A DNA stretch of 64,000 nucleotides from the IMG/VR virus record IMGVR_UViG_3300025010_002040. One strand, written 5' to 3'. Positions 1 through 8,046 of the stretch are shown one piece after another. The notes beneath the pieces were generated by a model. It was not told where the DNA came from. It ran no database searches and saw only the letters and a list, made by a program, of their open reading frames with translations. The position numbers and the translations under genes are program-made. Position 1 is the first letter of the stretch; each line of letters begins with the position of its first letter. The DNA is from an uncultured virus (IMG/VR IMGVR_UViG_3300025010_002040). Lineage: Duplodnaviria; Heunggongvirae; Uroviricota; Caudoviricetes.

Positions 1-408
1 TCATTTCTTCTTTTTCTCTCTATTCTTGCTTATGATTATTAAGGATGTATAAGTAATAACTACAACTGTGATATATGCAAACCAAATGTACATTGCATGG
101 GTGGCAATTGCCTTAAGATCAGTCTCTACAATTAGTAGTAAAATGTAAAGCAACGCACTCACTATAAAGACAATGTATCCAAAGAGATGCAAAAGGAAGA
201 TAGGAATCGGAATTCCAAAACTCTCCATATTACTATATATACTGTTTTTCGAACCAATAGTTCTGAATAAAAATTTAAATTTGCTTATCCTAATTCTTCT
301 AAAATTTGAAGGATTAATTTCAGTCAGTGTCGCTTGTGTAAAAGGAACTGTAAATACTATAACCAGGGAACTTAATACTATAAACATCCATTCAAACAAA
401 TTATTCAC
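1..408 (-). CDS. Hypothetical integral membrane protein
   Basis: 135 aa ORF with about three hydrophobic segments and a basic C-terminus; no recognised motif. Confidence 0.6.
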   Translation of the reverse strand: MNNLFEWMFIVLSSLVIVFTVPFTQATLTEINPSNFRRIRISKFKFLFRTIGSKNSIYSNMESFGIPIPIFLLHLFGYIVFIVSALLYILLLIVETDLKAIATHAMYIWFAYITVVVITYTSLIIISKNREKKKK

Positions 409-413
409 ATCCT

Positions 414-632
414 TTATTCTTTTATAATTCTCTTCTTTCGTCTATCCGTAAAAAAGTAATAATTAATCAACAAGATGCAATAAAATAACAGTGCTGCTAA
501 TAATATAATCAATACTAATGTTCCAAAGCCTATCAAACCAGTTACCCATGTAAGTCCATCAGGATTATTCCCAAAAGCTACAGAGATGAATAGACTTAAA
601 CAATAAAACATGTATTTAATAATTTCCCACAT
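414..632 (-). CDS. Small hypothetical membrane protein
   Basis: 72 aa with two hydrophobic stretches; GAGG-like RBS upstream; 5 bp from the next ORF. Confidence 0.55.
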   Translation of the reverse strand: MWEIIKYMFYCLSLFISVAFGNNPDGLTWVTGLIGFGTLVLIILLAALLFYCILLINYYFFTDRRKKRIIKE

Positions 633-772
633 GATAACTTTTCCTCTGACCGATGATGACTTAATCTTACATAAAATCTCATACTGTTAAAACCTTATAA
701 AAATTATAACATATATATTTTTAAATAGAAAACCTCAAAAAAATAGAGGTGGTTGAATATAGGTTTGAAACA

Positions 773-878
773 AGATAATGCCAAACGGTACTTGTATGCG
801 GAATATTACCATAACCTAGTGATATCTGGGAAGCTTTTCTATATGATGGTAATCCAAGTACCTTATAGGCATTTATCT
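773..878 (-). ncRNA. Putative structured RNA: long imperfect hairpin just 3' of the RNase III gene (copy 1)
   Basis: Nested inverted repeats AGATAATGCC/GGCATTTATCT, GGTACTTG/CAAGTACC, ATTACCAT/ATGGTAAT; conserved at 52575-52688. Confidence 0.55.
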
Positions 879-882
879 AAAA

Positions 883-1698
883 TTATTCTGCTTCTGGTTC
901 AATACCAAAGAAGTCACACAAAACTAGATAAGCGGCATACCTCTTAGCACCTTTCTTTGATTTAGATAGTGCTGTTTTTGTAATAGACCAGCTTCTAACA
1001 TAGCAAGTGCTTGACCACCAATACTCACCATCGTCATAGACTTGTTCATCAGGAATATCGTACTGTGGTATGGAGCATCTGCCACTTTCAGCCAATTCTT
1101 TAAGTGTGCTGACTGCATTATCCTGTGTTAGATTTTCTTTTAGCTCATCCATGCCATCTTCTACATCTTGTAATTGATCATCAATTTGAAGCATGAATTC
1201 CACAGAGTTTTGGAGCTCATCTGGATCCCAATCACTGTCAATTGCTATGGCACCCAGAATGGCTTCGAATAAATCAGCTTTAACTTTTTCTTGATTCCAT
1301 ACTTGATTATCAATATCACTTTGTCCCAAGTACATCATTGATTTGAAACCTAACTCTTCAATTCTTCTAGCAAGATTCGAATTGCTTACGATTTCCTTTT
1401 TCAGCTCAGTAAAGTCTTGCTCGTTTCGATGAGCTTTAATGCAGTACTCATCATTATCTTCTTGCTCATCATACGTATCCATTTGAGACTTGAAAAATCC
1501 GTATCTTTCAGCGATTACTTTGGTCACATAAAAATCCAATACTCGATCGCCTAAGAACTCTAAAACCTCATTGTTCTCCCCACCATATTCAGCTGAATAA
1601 GACTTTCTTGTGAAAGCTTGAAGCAGCAAATCTGTGTTCTTAAAATAGTAACTACATTTTCTTTGTACATCATCGATGTGTTCTTTTAAATCCTTCAT
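883..1698 (-). CDS. Ribonuclease III family protein (RNase III domain plus C-terminal dsRBD), prophage copy 1
   Basis: NEVLEFLGDRVL and KADLFEAILGAI motifs with four acidic catalytic residues; dsRBD-like SKSKKGAKRYAA. Start moved to MKDLKE at 1698, which follows an AGGAGG RBS. Confidence 0.92.
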   Translation of the reverse strand: MKDLKEHIDDVQRKCSYYFKNTDLLLQAFTRKSYSAEYGGENNEVLEFLGDRVLDFYVTKVIAERYGFFKSQMDTYDEQEDNDEYCIKAHRNEQDFTELKKEIVSNSNLARRIEELGFKSMMYLGQSDIDNQVWNQEKVKADLFEAILGAIAIDSDWDPDELQNSVEFMLQIDDQLQDVEDGMDELKENLTQDNAVSTLKELAESGRCSIPQYDIPDEQVYDDGEYWWSSTCYVRSWSITKTALSKSKKGAKRYAAYLVLCDFFGIEPEAE

Positions 1699-1920
1699 TT
1701 GATTTCCTCCTATTATTTGTCCGAGAAAATAAAAAAGACCTCCCGATAGAATAGGCATACTCCTGCATAGGTACACTTATCCCTTTAATAGGTCTTATTA
1801 AATCAAAATAGTACTTGTAAGACTTTAAGCATATTAACTCCCGCTTCCCGAAAGAGTTAATATACAAATCGCGTTACTCAATTACTTTGAGGAAATAATT
1901 CCCTTACCTTATCGGACTAC
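1699..1920 (-). ncRNA. Putative ~220-nt structured leader/ncRNA of the RNase III gene (copy 1)
   Basis: Closing stem 1900-1917/1719-1736, long rod 1803-1890, hairpin 1735-1796 followed by a U tract; one substitution versus copy 2. Confidence 0.65.
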
Positions 1921-1924
1921 CTTT

Positions 1925-1953
1925 AATATACAATAAAAATTGTTTTTTGTCTA
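1925..1953 (-). promoter_or_regulatory. Sigma70-type promoter of the RNase III cassette
   Basis: TAGACA-17 bp-TATATT; both boxes are kept in copy 2 although the spacer has diverged. Confidence 0.7.
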
Positions 1954-1966
1954 TACCTCTATAAAC

Positions 1967-2000
1967 AAAAAAAGACCTCCGAGATATTATCACAGAGGTC
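1967..2000 (-). terminator. Intrinsic terminator ending the P1 late operon
   Basis: GACCTC...GAGGTC stem followed by T7 on the minus strand, just after the last holin-like gene. Confidence 0.75.
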
Positions 2001-2005
2001 CATTT

Positions 2006-2491
2006 CTACTTCTTTAATTGTTCTTGAATAATTTTTTCAGCTGCAGATAAAGTCGCCCTTCCCTGCATCTTGTTACTGAAGGAAATGTAGTCATCAATGA
2101 TTGCTTCAATCTTTGATTGATTGGTTTCTACAAACGTTACGGCTTTCTCTGTTGAACCCGTGAGATTGCTTACCCACTCGCTTAATCTAGATACGACAGC
2201 GAGTTTTTTGTCATCGCCGATAAGATAAGCTTCACCTTTTTCTTTTGCGAGCCTGTTTTTCTCTTCAACAATCATGATGAACTCTTTGATGGTTTTCTGG
2301 ACACTTTCATCAAAAACAATATCTTTAGCTTTGCTTACCAAATCAGATACATTCTCTGCAGTGTTTTTAAGGTCTTGCTTCACCTCTTTGATCACATCAT
2401 TTAAAGACTGATCTTTCCCCAGTTTTGATGTCACATACAGTGCCAAAAGTAATAGGGTTGTAATGAGTAGAATGATTTCAAGTGTTGTCAT
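2006..2491 (-). CDS. Putative holin-like protein (LL-H-like architecture)
   Basis: Single N-terminal TM helix, then a helical domain with a GDDKKLAV motif; last gene of the late operon. Confidence 0.55.
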   Translation of the reverse strand: MTTLEIILLITTLLLLALYVTSKLGKDQSLNDVIKEVKQDLKNTAENVSDLVSKAKDIVFDESVQKTIKEFIMIVEEKNRLAKEKGEAYLIGDDKKLAVVSRLSEWVSNLTGSTEKAVTFVETNQSKIEAIIDDYISFSNKMQGRATLSAAEKIIQEQLKK

Positions 2492-2804
2492 TTTCTTTGC
2501 CTCCTAAGCGTTTATAAATATTGACTTGTGAATCTTCAAGTCTGGATACACGATGTTCCAGGACATTGACGTCTTTCTTTAACGATTTAATATCTTGTGC
2601 ATGCATCTCCAGCAGGTTGAGCATCTTGATGTTTTGTTTCTCTATGGTTTGGAGATTAACAAGAATCTCATCGTTATTCGTTTTGTTTTTCTGTTCTTGA
2701 CGATTGAACTGCTTGATCGTTGTCATAATAACAACCACCATTGTCACAATCCAATACACCAAGTTTTCCATTCTAAATAGACTGAGTAAGTTATCCCAGT
2801 TCAT
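2478..2804 (-). CDS. Putative holin-like membrane coiled-coil protein
   Basis: N-terminal TM plus coiled coil (LEHRVSRLE); lysis-module position. Confidence 0.55.
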   Translation of the reverse strand: MNWDNLLSLFRMENLVYWIVTMVVVIMTTIKQFNRQEQKNKTNNDEILVNLQTIEKQNIKMLNLLEMHAQDIKSLKKDVNVLEHRVSRLEDSQVNIYKRLGGKENDNT

Positions 2805-3504
2805 TACTAATCACCCGATCTTTGTATTTTTCTATGTAGGTAAGTGCTTCTCTCAACAACGGCATGTATTCTAAGCCTTTGCTATTGTTCCAGTTCTTTT
2901 TGTATTCAATCATGTACGTGTTCCAGGGCTCATGAACAACATGCCTATATTTTCCTGATTCATCCACATGATCCAAAATGCCACGAACTCTAAAAATGTG
3001 ATAATGCGACTTCTGAGGTTCTGGATAGTTGATTCGCATTTTATAATGTTCAACAAAACTTTCCAGAAATAAACCTAGTCTACTTGTTAAATCTATATTT
3101 TTGTATGCTTCATACTCATCTCGATAATCCTCATTCAGGTAAATCAGATTGTCTTTTTCCGATAAAACCTCATCGATATAAGCACGATCATAGAGCGGAA
3201 CTGTTGGATCTAGATTTTGTTTTTTGAGATAGATATCTTTTCCATAAGCAAACACATCTAATGTTCCTAAACTTAAATGCACATTCCCTTTGAATCCATC
3301 AAGTACTACAGTCACATCATCATCGCTGTTCTCATCGTTTAATCCAAAGGCTAAAGAACCACAGTAATAGATAAACATCACTGTGGTATTTGGGAATATT
3401 CCTTGAACGATTTCAAGGATACTTTCGTTAGATTGGATCTTCTGTTTCACTTGGAGCATTGATTTGTGGTTCAACCACTTCAAAATCATCGATAGAATCG
3501 TCAA
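2791..3504 (-). CDS. Pol-beta superfamily nucleotidyltransferase-like protein (start possibly nearer 3459)
   Basis: YCGSLAFGLNDENSDDDV (GS...DxD) plus a third Asp in LDVFAY; homolog at 54943-55596. Confidence 0.7.
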   Translation of the reverse strand: MTILSMILKWLNHKSMLQVKQKIQSNESILEIVQGIFPNTTVMFIYYCGSLAFGLNDENSDDDVTVVLDGFKGNVHLSLGTLDVFAYGKDIYLKKQNLDPTVPLYDRAYIDEVLSEKDNLIYLNEDYRDEYEAYKNIDLTSRLGLFLESFVEHYKMRINYPEPQKSHYHIFRVRGILDHVDESGKYRHVVHEPWNTYMIEYKKNWNNSKGLEYMPLLREALTYIEKYKDRVISNELG

Positions 3505-3763
3505 ACCCGACCACGTTTTCTTTTAGCCACAGATAACCATGTTCGATGGGATTTGTCTTTTGAAACTGAGTGAAATCTGATGTCGGAATCTCAATATCGA
3601 TTTCTTCAAGTGGTGCACTCTGGTTAGCTCGTGCTTCTTTTGATAGATAGGAAGCGACACAGATGACTGCTTTTTTCACTACGTAGTTGATATTGAATGC
3701 TGTAATTCGGTGATAGGATAGTGAGATACCAAACTTTGATTGCATGTCTTTTATGATTGCCAT
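3428..3763 (-). CDS. Small acidic tail-associated phage protein
   Basis: Homolog at the same position in P2 (55593-55895). Confidence 0.6.
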   Translation of the reverse strand: MAIIKDMQSKFGISLSYHRITAFNINYVVKKAVICVASYLSKEARANQSAPLEEIDIEIPTSDFTQFQKTNPIEHGYLWLKENVVGFDDSIDDFEVVEPQINAPSETEDPI

Positions 3764-3770
3764 GATATAC

Positions 3771-4451
3771 CTACTTTCTTAGCGTGCGATAAATCGTCAC
3801 AGAGATTAAATCAGGTGATCCAAGATTAAGTCCTGGATTGATGTAGAGATTTCCAATAGTGCCATTGATGGTATGTGCAAAATCGACCATTGTAAGGGTT
3901 GCATTTCCTTGGCCGGTTACTGAAGTAATCGCTTTTCCGTATGCTAGCCACTGTTGTGTATCATTAAGTGATAATGCAAATGTAGGTGATATCTCGAAAT
4001 CAATCACCTTTGAAATACCACTAGTGAGGGTTACACTAGAGGAATGAGCATCTGGAATCGTAAAGGATGAAGTGCTTCTTGCTGATGTCTTTGTGATTGT
4101 ACTAACAACATCGTTTGAATAGGTAGCCACATAGGAACCGATGAGATTGGATAAACCCGAAGTACGGTAATAGATAAGTGTCGATGATGAATCAACCGAT
4201 GTCCCTTGTGTGGTTGCGACTACATGAACCTTATAGATATACGCTGGATCAAACACCAATGTAGCACTATGCGTATAGGTAATGCCTTCATAAGCATAGA
4301 CTAATTCAAGCTCACCACCCACCTTCACTACAGACGTTGAATTTCGGGCATATAGAGCATTGTTAGTGTAATCAAAGGCTAACTCCCCAACGTAGGAAAG
4401 GTTCGCTGTTGAGGGCTTTGTGGTGCCACGTTTGACCCGAAGTATAGCCAT
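3771..4451 (-). CDS. Tail fibre / receptor-binding protein
   Basis: N-terminal LRVKRGT...GELAFD motif typical of tail fibre N-termini; Ser/Thr-rich beta-type C-terminus. Confidence 0.65.
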   Translation of the reverse strand: MAILRVKRGTTKPSTANLSYVGELAFDYTNNALYARNSTSVVKVGGELELVYAYEGITYTHSATLVFDPAYIYKVHVVATTQGTSVDSSSTLIYYRTSGLSNLIGSYVATYSNDVVSTITKTSARSTSSFTIPDAHSSSVTLTSGISKVIDFEISPTFALSLNDTQQWLAYGKAITSVTGQGNATLTMVDFAHTINGTIGNLYINPGLNLGSPDLISVTIYRTLRK

Positions 4452-5302
4452 TAGTATGTACCACCATCAATAATTGATGAAGGTTGTAAAACTTTAGTAG
4501 TATCGATACCGATTTGGTATTTCACAACACTTGGCGTGTAGTTTGAATCAACGATTTGATACACCTTAATCGCATTAGCTATGACAGCTGCATCAAACGC
4601 TGCAAGTGTTCCCAATGTGTCAGAGCCTGTACTCTCTGAAATATTTGTATTGATGACATTAGCCAGTATATTCTTTTGAGTGGTTGTCAAATGTATGTCA
4701 GATGCAACGTGAGCGTTATAGGTAGTGGTTGATACACCGCCAAGTCCTGCAAGCGTGACTGTGACAGCTCCGGTTGAACCGTTGACACTGGTTACAGAGT
4801 CCGTAGGTGTTAAGAGCTCTTGCCAGTTGGCTAATGTTGCATACCCTGCAGTTTTAAGAATAAAGGATTTATTGATATCAGTTCTAACTGCTACATCGCC
4901 TTCTTGAGCATTGGATAGAGCTAACATAGCAGTTTGGCTTGCTACCACCCATGTATTTGTAATCGCTACTTTTGGAATGACTGAATCTGAGAGTTTTCCA
5001 TCGGCATCTAGAATTGGGATATTTCCATTGCCTGTACCTGTATTCTTGGTTGCAGCTGTACCTAACCCAAGAGCTGTGATTTTGTTATCGATTTGAGTAT
5101 CGACTTTAACAACACCTGGAATTTTTAAATAATCTGATTCTGCAAGTGGTGTACCTACGCTACCTGTCTTATCAGCTTTTGCAATGTATAAATGCTCTCC
5201 ACTAAAATCAACAAGTGGTTCACCAGCTTTAATCGTTCCAGTAGTTCCAACGAGTGGTCCAGTACCTGCCGTGGTTCTACGTTTAATTTGTATTGTTGCC
5301 AT
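4451..5302 (-). CDS. Tail fibre protein
   Basis: IQIKRRT N-terminus, VTSVNGSTGAV repeat, C-terminal IDGGTY. Confidence 0.7.
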   Translation of the reverse strand: MATIQIKRRTTAGTGPLVGTTGTIKAGEPLVDFSGEHLYIAKADKTGSVGTPLAESDYLKIPGVVKVDTQIDNKITALGLGTAATKNTGTGNGNIPILDADGKLSDSVIPKVAITNTWVVASQTAMLALSNAQEGDVAVRTDINKSFILKTAGYATLANWQELLTPTDSVTSVNGSTGAVTVTLAGLGGVSTTTYNAHVASDIHLTTTQKNILANVINTNISESTGSDTLGTLAAFDAAVIANAIKVYQIVDSNYTPSVVKYQIGIDTTKVLQPSSIIDGGTY

Positions 5303-5314
5303 AATATTTCCTCC

Positions 5315-6091
5315 TTATTTTTTGAGATACGCTTGTGTCACTCGATGAGATGTATTCCCCAAAGATAATGTGACAAGTCCATTAACATACGATATGCTTA
5401 GTGAGTAATCAGCTCCACCATATCGATAACTCATCGACGAATTTGATCCTACAACAATAAATAGTTGATTGGTTGGTAGACTGACAATCGTTGTGTTTTC
5501 AATCACGATATAAAGAATACTTTTCATTAAAGCATATGAATTTACATCACCAAATCTATATACACCGTTGCTAAGTTTTGTTAATCCAAGTTGCTGAGGA
5601 TAGTAGAAATCTTTTAGTTTTGATTCAAGTTCTTCAACTCTTACACGATCCGATGAGATCATCTGTCTTTCAAACTCGTTAATGTGGTTAACTGAAGTAG
5701 TTGTTTTTGAATAAGCTGCCAAAGCATACTCATATAACCCTTCTGTAATTTGAAGGTTGGCTTGTGTAAGCACAGGATAAGTACCAACCGCTTCTTTGAT
5801 GTAAATACTCACTGTATTCGTTTGTGTATCAACACCAAGTACAACATATCCATACTTACTTGAATCCGGTGTTACAGACACCGTTGTCTGATTTTCGATA
5901 TAGATAATTCGTCCGTAAACTGAAACATAGCCATCTAAAAATGTAATCGTGTTGTTAGCTAAGGTATAACTGCACTGCGATTTCACGTTTTTCAGAATAC
6001 CAACATCACTTGAAAATAAAAAATGATACAAATCTGCATCAATTTTTGATGTGACGTTTGCACCATCAAAGGTTACTTTTTGAATTCCCAT
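5315..6091 (-). CDS. Baseplate / minor tail protein
   Basis: Position after Tal-like gene; homolog at 57584-58363. Confidence 0.65.
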   Translation of the reverse strand: MGIQKVTFDGANVTSKIDADLYHFLFSSDVGILKNVKSQCSYTLANNTITFLDGYVSVYGRIIYIENQTTVSVTPDSSKYGYVVLGVDTQTNTVSIYIKEAVGTYPVLTQANLQITEGLYEYALAAYSKTTTSVNHINEFERQMISSDRVRVEELESKLKDFYYPQQLGLTKLSNGVYRFGDVNSYALMKSILYIVIENTTIVSLPTNQLFIVVGSNSSMSYRYGGADYSLSISYVNGLVTLSLGNTSHRVTQAYLKK

Positions 6092-7216
6092 TTAGAATTC
6101 ACCTCCATCGAGATCTGTGATCCCTGTTGTTTGTATAGAAACATGACCAGTAGCTGAACTTACGCTCTTATTCAATAGCTGAATCTTCTCGGTCAACTTA
6201 ATGCGATATTCACCTAGTGTCATGGTTGCTTGATGAAATCCATTGTTAAATTTGATGCTTGTAACTACCGAATCATAAATTTGATCATTGTTCATGAACT
6301 CGATAAAATCGCCTAGTTCGATGTTTTTCATCGGCTGTATGACGTCATTATCAGATTTAATCGTGAATGTAATATTATGGTCTAGTTTCGATGTGATCAT
6401 CTCTGATCTGGCTTTGGTTTGAAGAGATGGATAGTCACTATCAGTATAAAAGGATGCTTTTGGTTTGACACTCTGATAGCGATTCAGATGATTGATATCT
6501 TGAGTCAACTCACCATTTTTAAGTAAAAAATACTCGATGGTTGATTTATATAAGATATTTTCACTCTTTGGATAATAGGTGAGTTTATTCACCATTTGAC
6601 TGGAACTGTCATTGACTACCAAATCCTGAATCGCTTGATAGTTGTTTTTGAGTTTGATTCCCCGTTGCACTTCACTGATTCGAAAGATGATGCCCGTTAC
6701 CCTTCCTCTTAAATACACTGCATCAGAGGTTAGCCTTAAACCATATGATTTAGTGATAAGTTCCATGAGTGATGCCAATGACATGATTTTATCTACCTCG
6801 AATGATAAATCGCCTTGTACACTTGCATCTCGTTGTATGGAAAGGTAACTCAGGTTTTGCAATGCATCATCGCTTTCCTTAAAATGACTTAATAACACAT
6901 TTTCGAGATATAACCCTAAATCACCTGTAAAACTTTGAACTGGAACGCCAATTGAAAACATTTCTTTAAAATCTAGCACATGAACTGATATCCGGTGCTT
7001 GTCTGCTACTTCTAACCGTTCTACAATACCGATAAAGTGAATAGGTGCATCCTTTAAGATGACAATATCCCCAATGGATGCATTGAGCTTTGTTTTGTTT
7101 ATTGTAAAGGTTGATTTTTGAATGATGACTAAATCAAGTATGATTTCAAAATCCTTATCGACATAGCCATAGTCTTTATAGGCAAGGTTTAGTCTATCGA
7201 GGAATACAAGTTGCAT
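6092..7216 (-). CDS. Tal/hub-like minor tail protein
   Basis: Position after Dit; C-terminal TLGEYRIKLTEKI; homolog in P2. Confidence 0.65.
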   Translation of the reverse strand: MQLVFLDRLNLAYKDYGYVDKDFEIILDLVIIQKSTFTINKTKLNASIGDIVILKDAPIHFIGIVERLEVADKHRISVHVLDFKEMFSIGVPVQSFTGDLGLYLENVLLSHFKESDDALQNLSYLSIQRDASVQGDLSFEVDKIMSLASLMELITKSYGLRLTSDAVYLRGRVTGIIFRISEVQRGIKLKNNYQAIQDLVVNDSSSQMVNKLTYYPKSENILYKSTIEYFLLKNGELTQDINHLNRYQSVKPKASFYTDSDYPSLQTKARSEMITSKLDHNITFTIKSDNDVIQPMKNIELGDFIEFMNNDQIYDSVVTSIKFNNGFHQATMTLGEYRIKLTEKIQLLNKSVSSATGHVSIQTTGITDLDGGEF

Positions 7217-7218
7217 AC

Positions 7219-8046
7219 CTATACCCCCAGATACCCTTCAAGTAATGTGATGCGACACGTGGTAAGACTAGCGACTCCTGGTTTGAATTCCACTTCATAT
7301 TCTCCTGGTTCAACAAAGAGAAAATTTTCACACGTGAAATCCTGTGAACCATAGATAGATGTAATTTCACCATTATCAATTTGACGAATGTATTGTTTAT
7401 TTGGGATAGCTGAGATATGTAGTTCCCCATTTAATTGCGTATGATAAAGTCTAAGCATCGTAATCACGGTACTGTTTTTTCTAATAATAATCTCTGGGTC
7501 ATTTACTGCACCCATGATTTCAATTAAAAGAGGTGCCTTTTGGACACCTCTGTTGACAATTTGTATTCTTCCTTCAAAGAAAGCAGAATACCGATAAGGA
7601 TAACTATATGTATATCGTTTCCCGACTGTATCTTCATTGACATTAACTGTATAAAGTTGATTCTTTAACCACAAAGATAACTTTTGAAAGATAACCTGGC
7701 TCTGTAATGCTCCAGCGACAAGCTCTTGTTTGGATATCGATTTGATATCTACAAAACAAAAAGCGGAATCATCCGCTTCGTAGTATAGTTTGAGTTCTTT
7801 CTCTCCAAGTTTCAGATAGTTCATCAATTCGGTATATCCTGGATATCCTTTGAGAAATGTTAGGGTTGCTTGAATCTCCGTTAGTCCTTGTGACTGATCT
7901 ACACGATCATAAAATGTTTCATACTTAAGGTAAGTCATTTCTTGTGAAAACCCTAGTCCACTTATCGCATGGATTAAGCAACCGGTACAGTAATCAAAAT
8001 AAAACTTATTTCCAGATGGATTTTCAAGATAGATTTTTCGAATCAT
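7219..8046 (-). CDS. Distal tail protein (Dit-like)
   Basis: Directly after the tape measure gene; YSYPYRY and PGEYEVEF motifs typical of Dit. Confidence 0.7.
   Translation of the reverse strand: MIRKIYLENPSGNKFYFDYCTGCLIHAISGLGFSQEMTYLKYETFYDRVDQSQGLTEIQATLTFLKGYPGYTELMNYLKLGEKELKLYYEADDSAFCFVDIKSISKQELVAGALQSQVIFQKLSLWLKNQLYTVNVNEDTVGKRYTYSYPYRYSAFFEGRIQIVNRGVQKAPLLIEIMGAVNDPEIIIRKNSTVITMLRLYHTQLNGELHISAIPNKQYIRQIDNGEITSIYGSQDFTCENFLFVEPGEYEVEFKPGVASLTTCRITLLEGYLGV

Noticed and set aside
773..878. Integron attC site
   Set aside because: No clear RYYYAAC/GTTRRRY ends, no cassette array, and no IntI-type integrase recognised; G-U-compatible changes favour an RNA structure.
883..1698. Housekeeping rnc gene
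   Set aside because: It is duplicated, prophage-linked, lacks housekeeping neighbours and has an acidic insertion, so the gene symbol was withheld.
1670..1867. 65-aa ORF identical in both copies, and the 26-aa N-terminal extension of RNase III
   Set aside because: The identity follows from DNA identity of the structured leader; neither has an RBS, whereas AGGAGG precedes the ATG at 1698.
3771..5302. Diversity-generating retroelement acting on the tail fibres
   Set aside because: No reverse transcriptase and no template/variable repeat pair differing at adenines was seen.
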